This document shows positions 22,405 to 33,153 of a DNA stretch of 64,000 bases, in pieces. Both the position numbers and the translations under genes were made by a program. Under the pieces are notes generated by a model that was not told the DNA's origin, ran no database searches, and saw nothing but the letters and a program-made list of their open reading frames with translations. Numbering within the stretch: position 1 is the stretch's first letter; each line of letters starts with the position of its first letter. This DNA is from a virus. The stretch covers positions 64,001 through 128,000 of the IMG/VR virus record IMGVR_UViG_3300045988_176357. One strand, given 5' to 3'.

Positions 22405-23418
22405 ATGTACACTTCCGATCAGATTGCTGCCATCAATCAGGAGTTTAAAGACAAGCTCCTCAGCGATGACTCCGCTATGGTGAAACAGGCGGGACTCGCA
22501 GGCACCACATATTTCCGTACGCGCATTCGCTAGAATGCCGTATACCGCAAGCTTCTTCCTCCGGTCTCCGTTACGGCTGACAACTTCGATGTGAATGAAG
22601 CCTCCGACCTTCCCAGCATGATTGTCGAGCTCGACATCAACTCCGAAGGTGCAATGCAGGTTCCGTTTGAAACGGCTACCACCGGCGCAACCTTCAACGG
22701 ACGCAAGGCGAGATGTGAATTCGGGCGCATCATGACGCCGAAGTACGAGATCGACAAAATCCGTCTTACCGGATACAAGATGCCGATCCTTGACATCCTG
22801 TACGACCTCATGCTCAAAGACATCATGGATGTCGAAGACGAAGCGTGGGCGGCTGTCAACCAGGAAATCGTCGGCAATGCTGATAACCAGACCGATCAGA
22901 TCGCTGAATTCGGTCTCCGCCGCGCTATCCGCCAGACCTGGGATCGTGAAGGCGTTGCCGGTCTCGGTGCTGCGGCTGCCGGATTGCTCCGCACGAAGGG
23001 CAAATTGAAACCGTCCAAAGGACTCATGAACGAACTTCTGTACATCAGAATGGCTGAGTGGGATCGAAATACCGTTGGCGGCGATATGGCTCAGGACATG
23101 CTGTTCGATGGTGTCACGACCGGCAAGCTGAACAAGCTCGATGTCCTCGTCACCTCCAAGGATACTGTCTGCTCCGAATACGATCTGTGGGTGTTCACTG
23201 ATCCGCAGTTCTATGGTGCGAACTACACGTACCAGGATGTCAGCATGGTTACGGACGAAAAGGATGGAATCTTCCTGAACTTCTTCGCCTATGAGACCAT
23301 CGGCGGTATCGTTGTGAACAGAGCCGGTGTCTGCAAGGTCACGTACGATGCGAAGAACATCAACGAGTGCACCTTCTGGACTGATCCGGTTGATGCTTCC
23401 GACGCCATCGGTGGCTGA
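22405..23418 (+). CDS. Putative major capsid protein (337 aa)
   Basis: Size and position (after the scaffold-like gene, followed by a strong terminator); only 1 in-frame TAG. No motif-level proof. Confidence 0.35.
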
Positions 23419-23442
23419 TTGAAATCAGGTTGCTGATTATAA

Positions 23443-23472
23443 AAGCCCTCCGTAACAGGAGGGCTTTTTTTA
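23443..23472 (+). terminator. Rho-independent terminator
   Basis: AAAAGCCCTCC-GTAACA-GGAGGGCTTTTTTT downstream of the capsid candidate. Confidence 0.7.
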
Positions 23473-23520
23473 TGTCCTTAATGTGGTAAACTGTAAGAAA
23501 CCAACAAGAAAGGAAGTATT

Positions 23521-24309
23521 ATGTCAGTAACTATTCAGACCGTCATCACCAACAAGAGTCGCGGAGTTCGTTCCCTTATTGTTTCCAGATCAAAGACGTA
23601 CAGTCTCAGAGCAGGAGAGACAGTAGTTCTCGATTACGATATCTGGTCGTACCTCACACCTACAGTAAAACGGAAACTTGAACTGGATGTGCAGATGGGA
23701 AGACTCGAGATCACAACAAGGCTGTTCACAGACAATGCCAACATCTCTGTCGACCCTGATGGAACATATAAGATTGCCAACGGCGGACTTGAGGTCGCCA
23801 AGCCCAAAGAGCAGGTGAAAGAAAATAAGCTCCCGGCAGCCAAGGCTGACAAGGCCACCACCAACGGAAAACTGTTTGACAACAGTGGTACGGTTATGGC
23901 TGACAAGAGCTCGTCTGTCATGCAGAAAGCCATCGGAGCCAAGCGTGTTGAGGCTGGTAATACAGATCAGACAGAACAGCCTGCACAGGACAAAACAGGA
24001 TTCACTAAAACCGACATGAGCTCCTCGGGTCTTATGCATACTATGAACAATCTCGAACCTGCACATTCATCCAGCGTGTTCAAAGCCACCTCGACAGATA
24101 CAACCAAAGCAGAGGAAGAAGCCAAAACAGAAACAGAGAAAGAACTGTCACGTCCTGAATACATCGACGAACTGTATGCAGCTAAAGATTACACAGCCAT
24201 CGCAGGAGCGCTGACAGAGTGGTATCCTGGAACAACGTTCACAAAGGCTTCTATCAAGAAATGCAACAGCTATGCTGAACTCAAAGAAAAGTACCCTGTG
24301 CTTGCGTAA
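23521..24309 (+). CDS. Hypothetical protein (262 aa, TAG-free)
   Basis: Clean ORF, TAA stop. Confidence 0.45.
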   Translation: MSVTIQTVITNKSRGVRSLIVSRSKTYSLRAGETVVLDYDIWSYLTPTVKRKLELDVQMGRLEITTRLFTDNANISVDPDGTYKIANGGLEVAKPKEQVKENKLPAAKADKATTNGKLFDNSGTVMADKSSSVMQKAIGAKRVEAGNTDQTEQPAQDKTGFTKTDMSSSGLMHTMNNLEPAHSSSVFKATSTDTTKAEEEAKTETEKELSRPEYIDELYAAKDYTAIAGALTEWYPGTTFTKASIKKCNSYAELKEKYPVLA

Positions 24310-24364
24310 TCAGGCTTATATAACGCTCCGCACTTTGTAGCTCGCTACATCATAACCTCCTCCT

Positions 24365-24420
24365 TTCTTCCGTCTGTACAGTATTACTCCTTTTGCTGTA
24401 CAGACGGTCTTTTATTACGC
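24365..24420 (+). terminator. Rho-independent terminator
   Basis: 12-bp stem CCGTCTGTACAG/CTGTACAGACGG followed by TCTTTTATT. Confidence 0.65.
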
Positions 24421-24461
24421 ACTCACCTTAGTACAGTATAGGAACACAAATGCGTAAATAG

Positions 24462-24998
24462 ATAATTCAGTTTGTAACAGGAACTTAGGGATAGATACAG
24501 CGACTGTGTCCTGTAGCTACGCAGCAACAGCGCCTTATCCTCAATACAACTACAGGACAGGTATTCTGGGACTATGCAGGTGTACGGCATAAAGTAACAG
24601 CATAGATTGCCGACTGGAACCAGCAGGACTCAGATGCCGAGTCGTACATAAAGAATAAGCCTGTAATACCTTCTGATATCAGCCAACTCACAGACAACAC
24701 AGGGCTGATACCTAAAGATGTTACCGATCTTACAGACACTTCAGGTAATGTCGGCTACCTTAAATAGAGTGTCAATATGCAGGATGTAACACAGGACTCT
24801 GGTGCATATTACCTGCAACTTAAAGCCACCAGACTGCCGACATTCATACAGGCACCCTCAGGTGCTGTACATGATATATAGGGAGATTCTCTTACGGTAA
24901 CACCTACAGGGAGTGTGAAGATGAACCTCTCAAGGTATCTTGCATACGAGAATGCAACAATAATAAACTCTCAGTGGAGCTTGTTATACAGTTAATAA
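24462..24998 (+). CDS. Hypothetical protein with tail-fiber-like N-terminal repeats (SDISQLTDNTGLI / DVTDLTDTSGNV)
   Basis: Frame 0 checked 24324-24998, 9 TAGs, TAA stop. Confidence 0.4.
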
Positions 24999-25014
24999 AA
25001 TTAAGGAATGTAAA

Positions 25015-25281
25015 ATGAAAGACAAAGAGTAGAAAGTACCCGGTACCGTTGTGTAGATTAAGTCGGTTGAAACCTGCGATGAAGCTTGTGAAACTTGCAC
25101 CCAGTAGTGCTCTGAGGAGAAGCTTCAGGCTTTGTAGCAGGCTTTACAGTACTCACAGTTTTAGGTCATACAGAAATCAATTCTGCTTGTTGCAGTAACA
25201 GGTAAATTACAGTGTATGATCGGTACAATCCAAATAATTCTCCTCATCGGGCTTATGATCCATATGTTTTTCTTCATGTGA
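25015..25281 (+). CDS. Small protein with Cys-rich N-terminus and C-terminal transmembrane helix, holin-like candidate
   Basis: MKDKEQKVPGTVVQIKSVETCDEACETCTQQC...LLVAVTGKLQCMIGTIQIILLIGLMIHMFFFM, TGA stop. Confidence 0.35.
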
Positions 25282-25284
25282 TAA

Positions 25285-25680
25285 ATGCGGTACACAAGAA
25301 CCTAGCTGGCTAACCACTATAACGTCACAAAAGGAAAGCTTCGGCGTATATTGAAAGCGCTGCAGCTTCAGCCTGTGTAGGTTGAACGTACTGCTACAGG
25401 GCGTCCTGTGTTCTATTATGCCGACAGCACTGTGTTGTAGATCGACAAATACCTGGATGCTCTTATGCAGAAGAAACAGCAGTAGCTTGTAAAGTGCTGT
25501 ATATGTAAGCAGAGTGTCAGTAAGAGCAGTATGATCGGCGGCAGATGCCAGATGTGTTATGTGAAGAAGTGCTGTGCACCTATTATGTACGGAAAGTAGT
25601 TCTGGAACAGGAAGGTAAACGCACAGACTGTCAGCACAGCTATTCGTTATCTGCAGTCAATGTTACCTGGCTCCACGTGA
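25285..25680 (+). CDS. Putative HTH DNA-binding protein with C-terminal Cys-rich zinc ribbon
   Basis: LANHYNVTKGKLRRILKALQLQPVQVERTATGRPVFYYADSTV then CCICKQ...CQMCYVKKCC; frame 1 checked, TGA stop. Confidence 0.4.
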
Positions 25681-26072
25681 CAGGTTTGAACAGTCTGCGA
25701 AGCTTCCTTCTGGTGGCTTTCTTTTTGGCTTTTCTGTGCATCGAATCCGGTGTGACCTATCTGCCACCTGGAGTAGAATTCATGCCGTACAGTGAATTGA
25801 AAGAGCCGTACTTCTTTATGTAGCGCTTTTCCAGTCTGTCCAGCTGCTTGTTAGGCGCCTATTGGAGTATCTAAACTGAGAGCTGATCCCAGTTACCTGT
25901 AGCTTTGAGACGTTTAAGCTCCCTGACCAGCTTTGTACAGCCTGACCAGGGAGCCTTGTGTCGCTACCAGCGCTTTGAGAACGGCGTAGTGGATATGCCT
26001 ATGTAGTGCTTCTGTCCGCTTGTTATGAGATACACATAACCGTTACCCTTCTTGGGTACGTACTAAAAGTAG

Positions 26073-26492
26073 TCAGGATGCATCACCAAGCAGCTCTTTT
26101 ACACAGCATCTTTTGCTGTGTCTGATTTTGTTCATGTGGTAGTGAGCTGCACCGCATCCTCTGCACACATACAGCTGCTTCTTGTGGAAGTCACTAGATA
26201 CATACAGACTGTCTATGTTGAACAGCAGCTGACGCACTTTGCCTGACACTGATCGCTTGTTCCAGTCAGCAAGGTCGCATGAAGTGTGCCACAAAGCGCA
26301 ATCAGCCGTGTTGCATTTCACTTCAGCGCCTTTTCCGTTCTCATAGACGTGCACTTCAGGAATACTGCCGCAGAAAGGACAAGGCAGAACATGCTTAGGC
26401 AGCTTGGCTGTGCCTATTTCGTACTTGTCTGTACCTGGCACTTTGATGCCGTTCCTGCGGAAGATCTTATCTATGACTGTGTGTTTGTGCAT
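26073..26492 (-). CDS. Lar-family-like zinc-ribbon protein (restriction-alleviation-like), standard stops
   Basis: 139-aa − strand ORF with LPCPFCGS...EVKCNTADCALWH and a second CRGCGAAHYH motif. Confidence 0.45.
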   Translation of the reverse strand: MHKHTVIDKIFRRNGIKVPGTDKYEIGTAKLPKHVLPCPFCGSIPEVHVYENGKGAEVKCNTADCALWHTSCDLADWNKRSVSGKVRQLLFNIDSLYVSSDFHKKQLYVCRGCGAAHYHMNKIRHSKRCCVKELLGDAS

Positions 26493-26596
26493 GCTGTTCC
26501 TGTTGGTGTCTCTCCTGTGAAGTATAAAAGGGGCCAGAGTGCTGCAGGAGTTCAGTACTCTTGTCGACTGGCCGGTCTAGGCCCCTTGGAATTAAC

Positions 26597-26713
26597 TGGC
26601 GCTCCCACTGAGATTCGAACTCAAGATCTGGCGGATTTCATTGATAATCGAGGACTTACAACAATCCTGATATCTCTGGACTATATCATCTTCTCCGTTT
26701 CCAGAGAAGGAGC
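26597..26713 (-). ncRNA. Aberrant 117-nt tRNA-like element: canonical T-arm (TTGAG-TTCGAAT-CTCAG), acceptor 3' strand, discriminator and encoded CCA, but non-canonical 5' half
   Basis: Reverse complement ends ...CAGATCTTGAGTTCGAATCTCAGTGGGAGCGCCA; candidate 5' acceptor strand GCTCCTT lies 117 nt upstream; no standard D/anticodon arms could be fitted and no CTA anticodon is present. Confidence 0.35.
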
Positions 26714-26931
26714 GCTTCGGACTTTCGTCCTACTCCCTTGCGGGATAGTCTCTGAACCCTTTCCGGGCTCCATAGCTTTCGCCTTAGGAGATCCCTTGAT
26801 CGGCTGCTGATTGCCTTCGGCGTTACCCGTTAAGGTGTCCCAGCAATTCACTTTCTTGTTCGACACACCTCGCGGTGTGAAGCTCCAAACAGAGTCCGCT
26901 GTTCTGCCATTAAACTATGGGAGCATAATAT

Positions 26932-27007
26932 TGGTTGCGGGGACAGGATTCGAACCTGCATATCCAAGCTTATGAGGCTTGTCGGCAACCGTTGCCACCA
27001 CCCCGCC
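26932..27007 (-). tRNA. tRNA-Met (anticodon CAU), 76 nt with encoded CCA
   Basis: Reverse complement GGCGGGGTGGTGGCAACGGTTGCCGACAAGCCTCATAAGCTTGGATATGCAGGTTCGAATCCTGTCCCCGCAACCA: anticodon stem CAAGC/GCTTG, loop CTCATAA, T-loop TTCGAAT, acceptor 6 bp plus a G1:A72 mismatch. Confidence 0.7.
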
Positions 27008-27405
27008 ATATGTACACCTTAGTGCGCCTTGGTACTCCTTGTTGTTACATGACTAATCTACTGCAGACGTCGAAAAACAAAACAACTAACGCACTCAGCT
27101 CTAGTAAGCAGAAGCATACAAAAGCAATAATAAAAGGACACAACAATGTAGTTAATCACCAGCTTGGTCGCACTGATACTTGCTATATTCGGCGGGTTTG
27201 GGTATATGGTCAGGCAGACCGAGAAAGGATTCAAAAGGCTCTAGACCAGAATCGAAACCTTGTAGAAGAAATTAGATACGACAGTCGATTAGGACACATG
27301 TTAGTAGAGGCGCTGTCATTATGTAACAGCAGTCTCATTCCAAGAGCAGATAAGTTAGCTTACGTTGTCCATACAGCGCCTGACGCAGATATTAGAGAGC
27401 AAAAA

Positions 27406-27831
27406 ATGAAGTACGCGTTGCTTGCTTGTTCTATATTGTTGTTTGGGTTTCTGTTATCTTGTGCGCCCTTTGGCTCTACTGTATAGCCGCAGCCGAAGTA
27501 GCTGACAGTTGTCTAGCAAATAATACAGTAGAACAAAGACAGCATACGCAGCATATCGAATTAGATAAATCAGGACTATTAGATAGGGTATAGAACACAT
27601 AAACTTATCACATAGGTGCAACCTGAATCCGATCTGCACTATAAATAGCTTGGAAAGATTGTTTAGTCGATTGTGAAGTAGGTTTAGCAACAGGCCAACA
27701 AGACAAAGACTCAGCGCAAAGACAGAGCTAGAACTGCAGCTGTAGCAGTGGTAGCTATAGTTTGCCTGTGCGCTATAGGCAGATCTTGCAAAAGGGTAAG
27801 GGCTATATGCAGATCAAATAGAGATTCATAA
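27406..27831 (+). CDS. Lipoprotein-signal plus C-terminal transmembrane protein, unimolecular-spanin-like; extremely TAG(Q)-rich
   Basis: MKYALLACSILLFGFLLSC (lipobox LLSC) ... C-terminal TAAVAVVAIVCLCAIG; 13 TAGs in about 141 codons; TAA stop. Confidence 0.35.
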
Positions 27832-30394
27832 AGCTAATGGCAAAACTCGGATTCAAGCTGATGTAGAATAAAGCAGTCAGGTTTCAGGTTATCCGAAGTC
27901 TGCTTAAGTATTTATCAAGGATGGAATAATGGCTGATATCTGTATTCCTTAGGTCACAGCAGGTGCTGGTGGTGTTGGTGGAGGACAGGGAGCCGATGGT
28001 CAGGCGTCCCTGATGGCTGACGGACACTATGCCACATCATATGGTGTACCTGTTATAAAGATCACCACAGGAATGACAGCCTAGTACACACTGCAGCTGA
28101 CCAGAGACATGTAGGGAACGATACCTGCATAGCTGTAGGACATGCATATAATTCAGTTCATGTGTCTGGCAGACGGCATGCACGGCAAGGCGCTGTTTCA
28201 AGTACCACTCACATATCTCGGCAACGGACGTGTACAGCTGCACCTCACACCGGCATAGGTCGACTACAGACCTGGGCTGCATTATGCATAGATACATTGC
28301 TATGATGAAAACCAGGCATTACGGCACGTGTTCAAGTGCTGTCTGTAGCTATAGAAATCTTTTGATGGCAGCCACATCGACTGCAGACGACCGATAACCA
28401 TTGCCTAGGTTCGTATGTAGCTGTATGATACGTGCTCAAAACAGAATCAGCTGCTGAATGACCTGTAGTTCTCCGACATCGTTATAGCAAGATGTATCGG
28501 CAGAGCTGTACAGGACTGGAACTAGATGCCTCCGACATTAGCCAACGCTTAGACAGCAGCTTCCTTCCCTTTCCCTGCCAACCTGTGTTCCGGCGCAGCT
28601 GCACATTGTCTGAGAATGGCCATGTACAGATACAACAGGAACGGTATGCGTCACTCCAATGCCGGACTTACATTCGATGACAACGATAAAGGAGCTCTTT
28701 ATGCCAGCCTGGCTGACAAAGCTATGACAGACTGGAAGAGCTGGATAATAGCCAAGAAGAGCTAGCTGAACATGCTGTAGTGCATGGGAAGCATTTCAGA
28801 CGGATTCATGTAGGGTTCGTAGCCTTGGTGGAGGTAACATGTCCTCTCCGTTCGATTCCATAAAGGTATTTGTGCAGCCGAATGGCACCAGAGTCGTCAG
28901 CTGGCAATTTACACATGGAGTATAGATTCCATAGACCGCTACCATAACTGTTCAGAGAGCACGAGCTGGTGGCTAGTGGTAGACATTGGAAGAGGGGCTT
29001 CCTGTCTCTTACTGCTACTCTGATACTACCGCCTGGAACAGGAACAAATATCAGAATGACTATTACAGGCTGATACTTCAGACACAAGACGGTCAGAGCT
29101 ACACATCAGATCCGCAGCATACAGGTATGACTCTCTCATATCCTTACTATTCATAGGCTGCGAATCTCATAAGACTGAGCTAGTTGTAGATACAGAGAAC
29201 AGGAAGATAGGGGTATCTGCTGAAAAAGATAACCTATGGACCAAAATGTCCTGTATGTCAGCAATTCGGTGACGATCATCCTGTAAACTAGCACTGTCCT
29301 CAGTGCCTTGGTACAGGTAAAAAGGGCGGGTACTATAAAGCGATTCCTTTAGGTGTTCTGTAGCAAGGATAGTCAGCTGACCAGTCTGTAGCCATGTCCG
29401 GGCAGTAGGTATCATAGACATTGACTGTGAAATGCACTGCATGGCCGATAATACAGCACGGAGATGTGTGGACAGATAAATATACAAGTCTCAGATACTA
29501 CATAGATAAGATACAGGTCGCTTCGAAATTTAAACATGTGCCTTTGATATATACATTACAGATGCATTTGATATAGCAGTCGGATATAATGTATACTGAT
29601 AATGCTGATCAGCTTATTCAGGAAGCACATGTTTAGTACAGCAACCCTGACTGGGACAAGGCCTTCGGTTAGTTATGATATTTACAGACTACACATAGAA
29701 AAGCACATTTCAGAACGGTTACGCTCAGCAGTACCGTATCATGAAGTACTTCAAGGATCTGCTCAATAACTGGTTTGCAGATAAGAGAAACATAAAGGAC
29801 TAGCGCCTTGTCAGTCTGCTGTATGATGTTAATGGGAATCTGAATAAGGACTGCTTCAAGACAGGTACTGCATTCAATCCTGACGGCACTTATGCAGGTA
29901 CTACACCTGCTGTTGTTGTCAGTCTTGGCACTGTCACATACCAGAACAGACCTATTAACAGAGCAGGCAATCCCTAGTTCCTCAGGAATCCAATGCAGCC
30001 GCCTGTAAAATAGTGCAGATTCAAGCTCATTCCGATTCAAATTACCGTCATTACATAGAGTTGTGACGGTACTATCTTATTAGCTGAACTCATATAGCTG
30101 TTTCTTGCTATGAACAGTTAGGTTATACAGCAGGACACAAATGCTCTAAGTTTCGTCAACGTGAACTAGATAAGCAGTCCACAAGCTGTACAGCCCGGAT
30201 CAGGAGGCAACGCGAAACAGCTGTATGCATCTACCATATCTGTGTCTACTATGAGTGTACTCACTTGGACAACAGATACACAAGGACCTGTGTTCAATGG
30301 TTACAGCATGCGGAATGCGGAGCTCGGCAATATTAAGGTAACTAACAGCTGATATGCCCAACAACGTGTCAGTATCGAAACAATAAGGATAAAT

Positions 30395-32398
30395 ATGATT
30401 ACAGACTATAAGGATCCTAGTGTAACCCTTAATCAGGTTTACAAGGCATCCACTGTCGGTACTACACCGGCGTTGGGAGCCTGTATTATCGGTCCGAATT
30501 ACTTTGTACGTACATATTCCGACCTGAAGGAGTCTCTCAGACTCGACAGTTAGGACAATTACGCAAAGTAGGACTATTCGGTCGTGTATACTCCTGCAGA
30601 CGGACTTTCCTTCAGATACTTCCCTGGAAGAGAGACGAAAGACGGCAGTGTAGACGAAGATTCCGTGAAGGTGCTTGTCAAAAACGCCCAGCTCTAGTAC
30701 CTTCCTGAGTTCGGAGCTTCTGACAGCATCACTACGGATGCAGTGTATGGTACAGATACGATCAGTATCAAACAGGAAGGCATCTACTATGTCTTCAACG
30801 GTGCAGGAAGCGACACATCTGTTCCGGCTGTTCAGGCTGGAGACGCAGTGAAGATCACTGTCGCCGGGGATACTGTTGACTGCTACGTTCAGGGTTTCCT
30901 CAGAGACGACGGAGGCAAGTATACCAAGTGCGTTCTTACCAAGAGTCTTCCACAGGGAGACATCACTGCGGTCAGTTTCAGGCGCGTTGTCGATTGCTAT
31001 GTCAACCAGGCATATGTGACTGTCCGCACCGTCGATGGCGTGCAGCAGGTTTCCATCCAGCCTAATGCAGAGGCGACCGTAGATCTCGGTATCGGTCAGA
31101 CAGAGTATCCTATTCTGACAGGTGCTTTCTATGTCGAATACAGGTGTCGGTCCAATCGCTATGTCGGTACTTATGGCATGGTCGCTGATATCGATGATGT
31201 CCAGGGAATGCTTGGCAAAGTCTGCGCGGACAATCCGCTAGGTGTTGCTGTTGCGTGCGCTGTGACTGAATCCGATGGCGCATTCGTGTACTTCACAGCC
31301 ACTGCATAGGAAGACCTCAACAACAGCGCTGTTAAGGTGTACAACGATGCGGCGGATCTCATTGCCGACACTGACGGCATTTACGGCATTGTTCCGTGTA
31401 CTGCCGATGCAGAAGTTACGAAAAACCTGTTCAACTTCGTGACCAACCAGTCCGGTGAGTAGGTTCCGTATCCCAAGTATCTGTATGGCAGCTGCGACAT
31501 TCCGACTGAAGAGAAGCTGAATGGTACGTATCTCACTGTGACAGATTCTTCTGCTTCCGGCAACACAACTACGGTAACGTTCAGCAGCTCTCCGCTGCTT
31601 GCTATGTCTACGGTTGTTAAAGGCGATGTGCTTCGCATAGGCGATAAGAGCTACACCATCACTGGTTCCAACCACAAGGACAAGGTGTATGTTGCAGGCG
31701 ATCAGACAGCAAATATTGCTTCAGGCGCCGTTGCAGACATTTATCACACGCTGACTGACAACGCTCAGATTGTGGCAAGTATCATTGCGGCTAAACCGGT
31801 TGCCGACAGACGAGCATCCATTGTGTTCGCGGACGGCCCGATGTACAACGGATAGCCGGTTCACAATTACTGTGTTGCAGCTGCTCTTGCTGGAATGCGT
31901 TCCGGAACTTATCCGCATGCTCCCCTCAGCAATGTTACCGTCACCGCTGTCACGACTTCATAGGAGCATGGGTTTACAGCCAGTCAGCTCAAGCAGCTCG
32001 GTGCTTATGGTTTCTGGCGTGTCGGACAGAATGAAGAGGGTGTTGTGATCAGTCGCAGACAGCTCACATCCGCTGCAGCCGATGATGTCAATCTCGACGA
32101 GCAGTCTATAGTCTGCAACATCGACAGCATCTGCATTTCGCTTAAGACCACCGGAAGAGATCTTGTTGGAAACTCGAATATCTCTCCGATGCTCCTGACA
32201 TTGCTTAAATCTACGCTGCTTACGAAACTTGAAGGTTTCCAGCAGTATGTTACGGAGCTCATAGGTCCTCAGCTGCTCAGCGCATCTCTGGATTCGATCG
32301 AACAGGACGAGATACATAAGGATAGAATCTATGCGGACATGTCTGGATAGCCTCCGAAGCCGTTCAACAGATTCCATATGAGATTCTATATGAATTGA
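30395..32398 (+). CDS. Large structural protein, putative tail sheath
   Basis: Frame 2 continuous through track ORFs 30743/31538/32045 joined by TAGs. N-terminus KASTVGTTPALGACIIGPNYFVRTYSDL resembles the T4 gp18 N-terminal GTAALAGKFQWGPAF signature. AAGGA 8 nt upstream of the ATG. TGA stop 32396-32398. Confidence 0.35.
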
Positions 32399-32409
32399 GG
32401 TGACAGAGA

Positions 32410-32925
32410 ATGAAAAGCGTTTTCAATAACCCGTATACACAGGCTCCTTAGGTATGGTCTGCACAGGGTGCGGCTGTCACCTGGGGACAGACATAGGCTG
32501 TCGCACAGGCGAATCAGGCTACAGCGAATAAAGTGTTTGCTGCTCTTGGCGGCATCACGATTAATTATCAGCGTCCTGTCAGCACGAGATATCCGATTGG
32601 CGGATCTGCTCCGATTCAGCTTATCGGAGCCCCTTCCGGTGTAGTGCAGCTTAATACGCTCATCGGACCGTCTACGGAACTCAATGACTTCCTGGATGCT
32701 CTGGCAAGTGCCTGTAAGCCGATAACGATTATCGTTACCAACTCTTCCAGTACATCGGGCTAGGATTGTGCTGTCAAGTCTAAGCCTCAGGAAATTGTAT
32801 GTAACGGTGCGATTGGAAGTCAGGTGCAATACAATCTTATCATTGCTTAGGGTGGCATGGCTATTGCACAAGGTACATTTGTACTGCAGTTCACTGAGAT
32901 GAAGTGGTCCAGTACGAACAGCTGA
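32410..32925 (+). CDS. Putative tail tube protein (about 171 aa)
   Basis: Immediately downstream of the sheath candidate; size typical; 5 TAGs; TGA stop. Confidence 0.3.
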
Positions 32926-33153
32926 CACACAGTACATTGATGTTCAATGATGCGCATGTAAGTTACTACATGCGCATTTTTTATATAGGAGCCAACCTTG
33001 AGCGTTCTTAACAGCTTCACTCCATAGAACCAGCCTCTCACGTATGTGGGCAGCTAGGTTATAGCTGGTGTCATATAGGCCTGTCTGCCGAATACAGGTA
33101 CAGCAGTGGTTCGCACCCAGTCGGCAGGTGTCGACAGACAGTTCTCATGTAAG

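Noticed and set aside
26523-26579. 57-nt GGGGCC…GGCCCC element considered as a mini-tRNA
   Set aside because: No T-loop or anticodon arm; more likely a GC-clamped regulatory or terminator hairpin.
26935-27486. 183-aa + strand track ORF overlapping the tRNA-Met gene
   Set aside because: Upstream two-thirds overlaps the minus-strand tRNA and looks non-coding; only the terminal part from ATG 27406 (lipoprotein signal) appears real and continues through TAGs to 27831.
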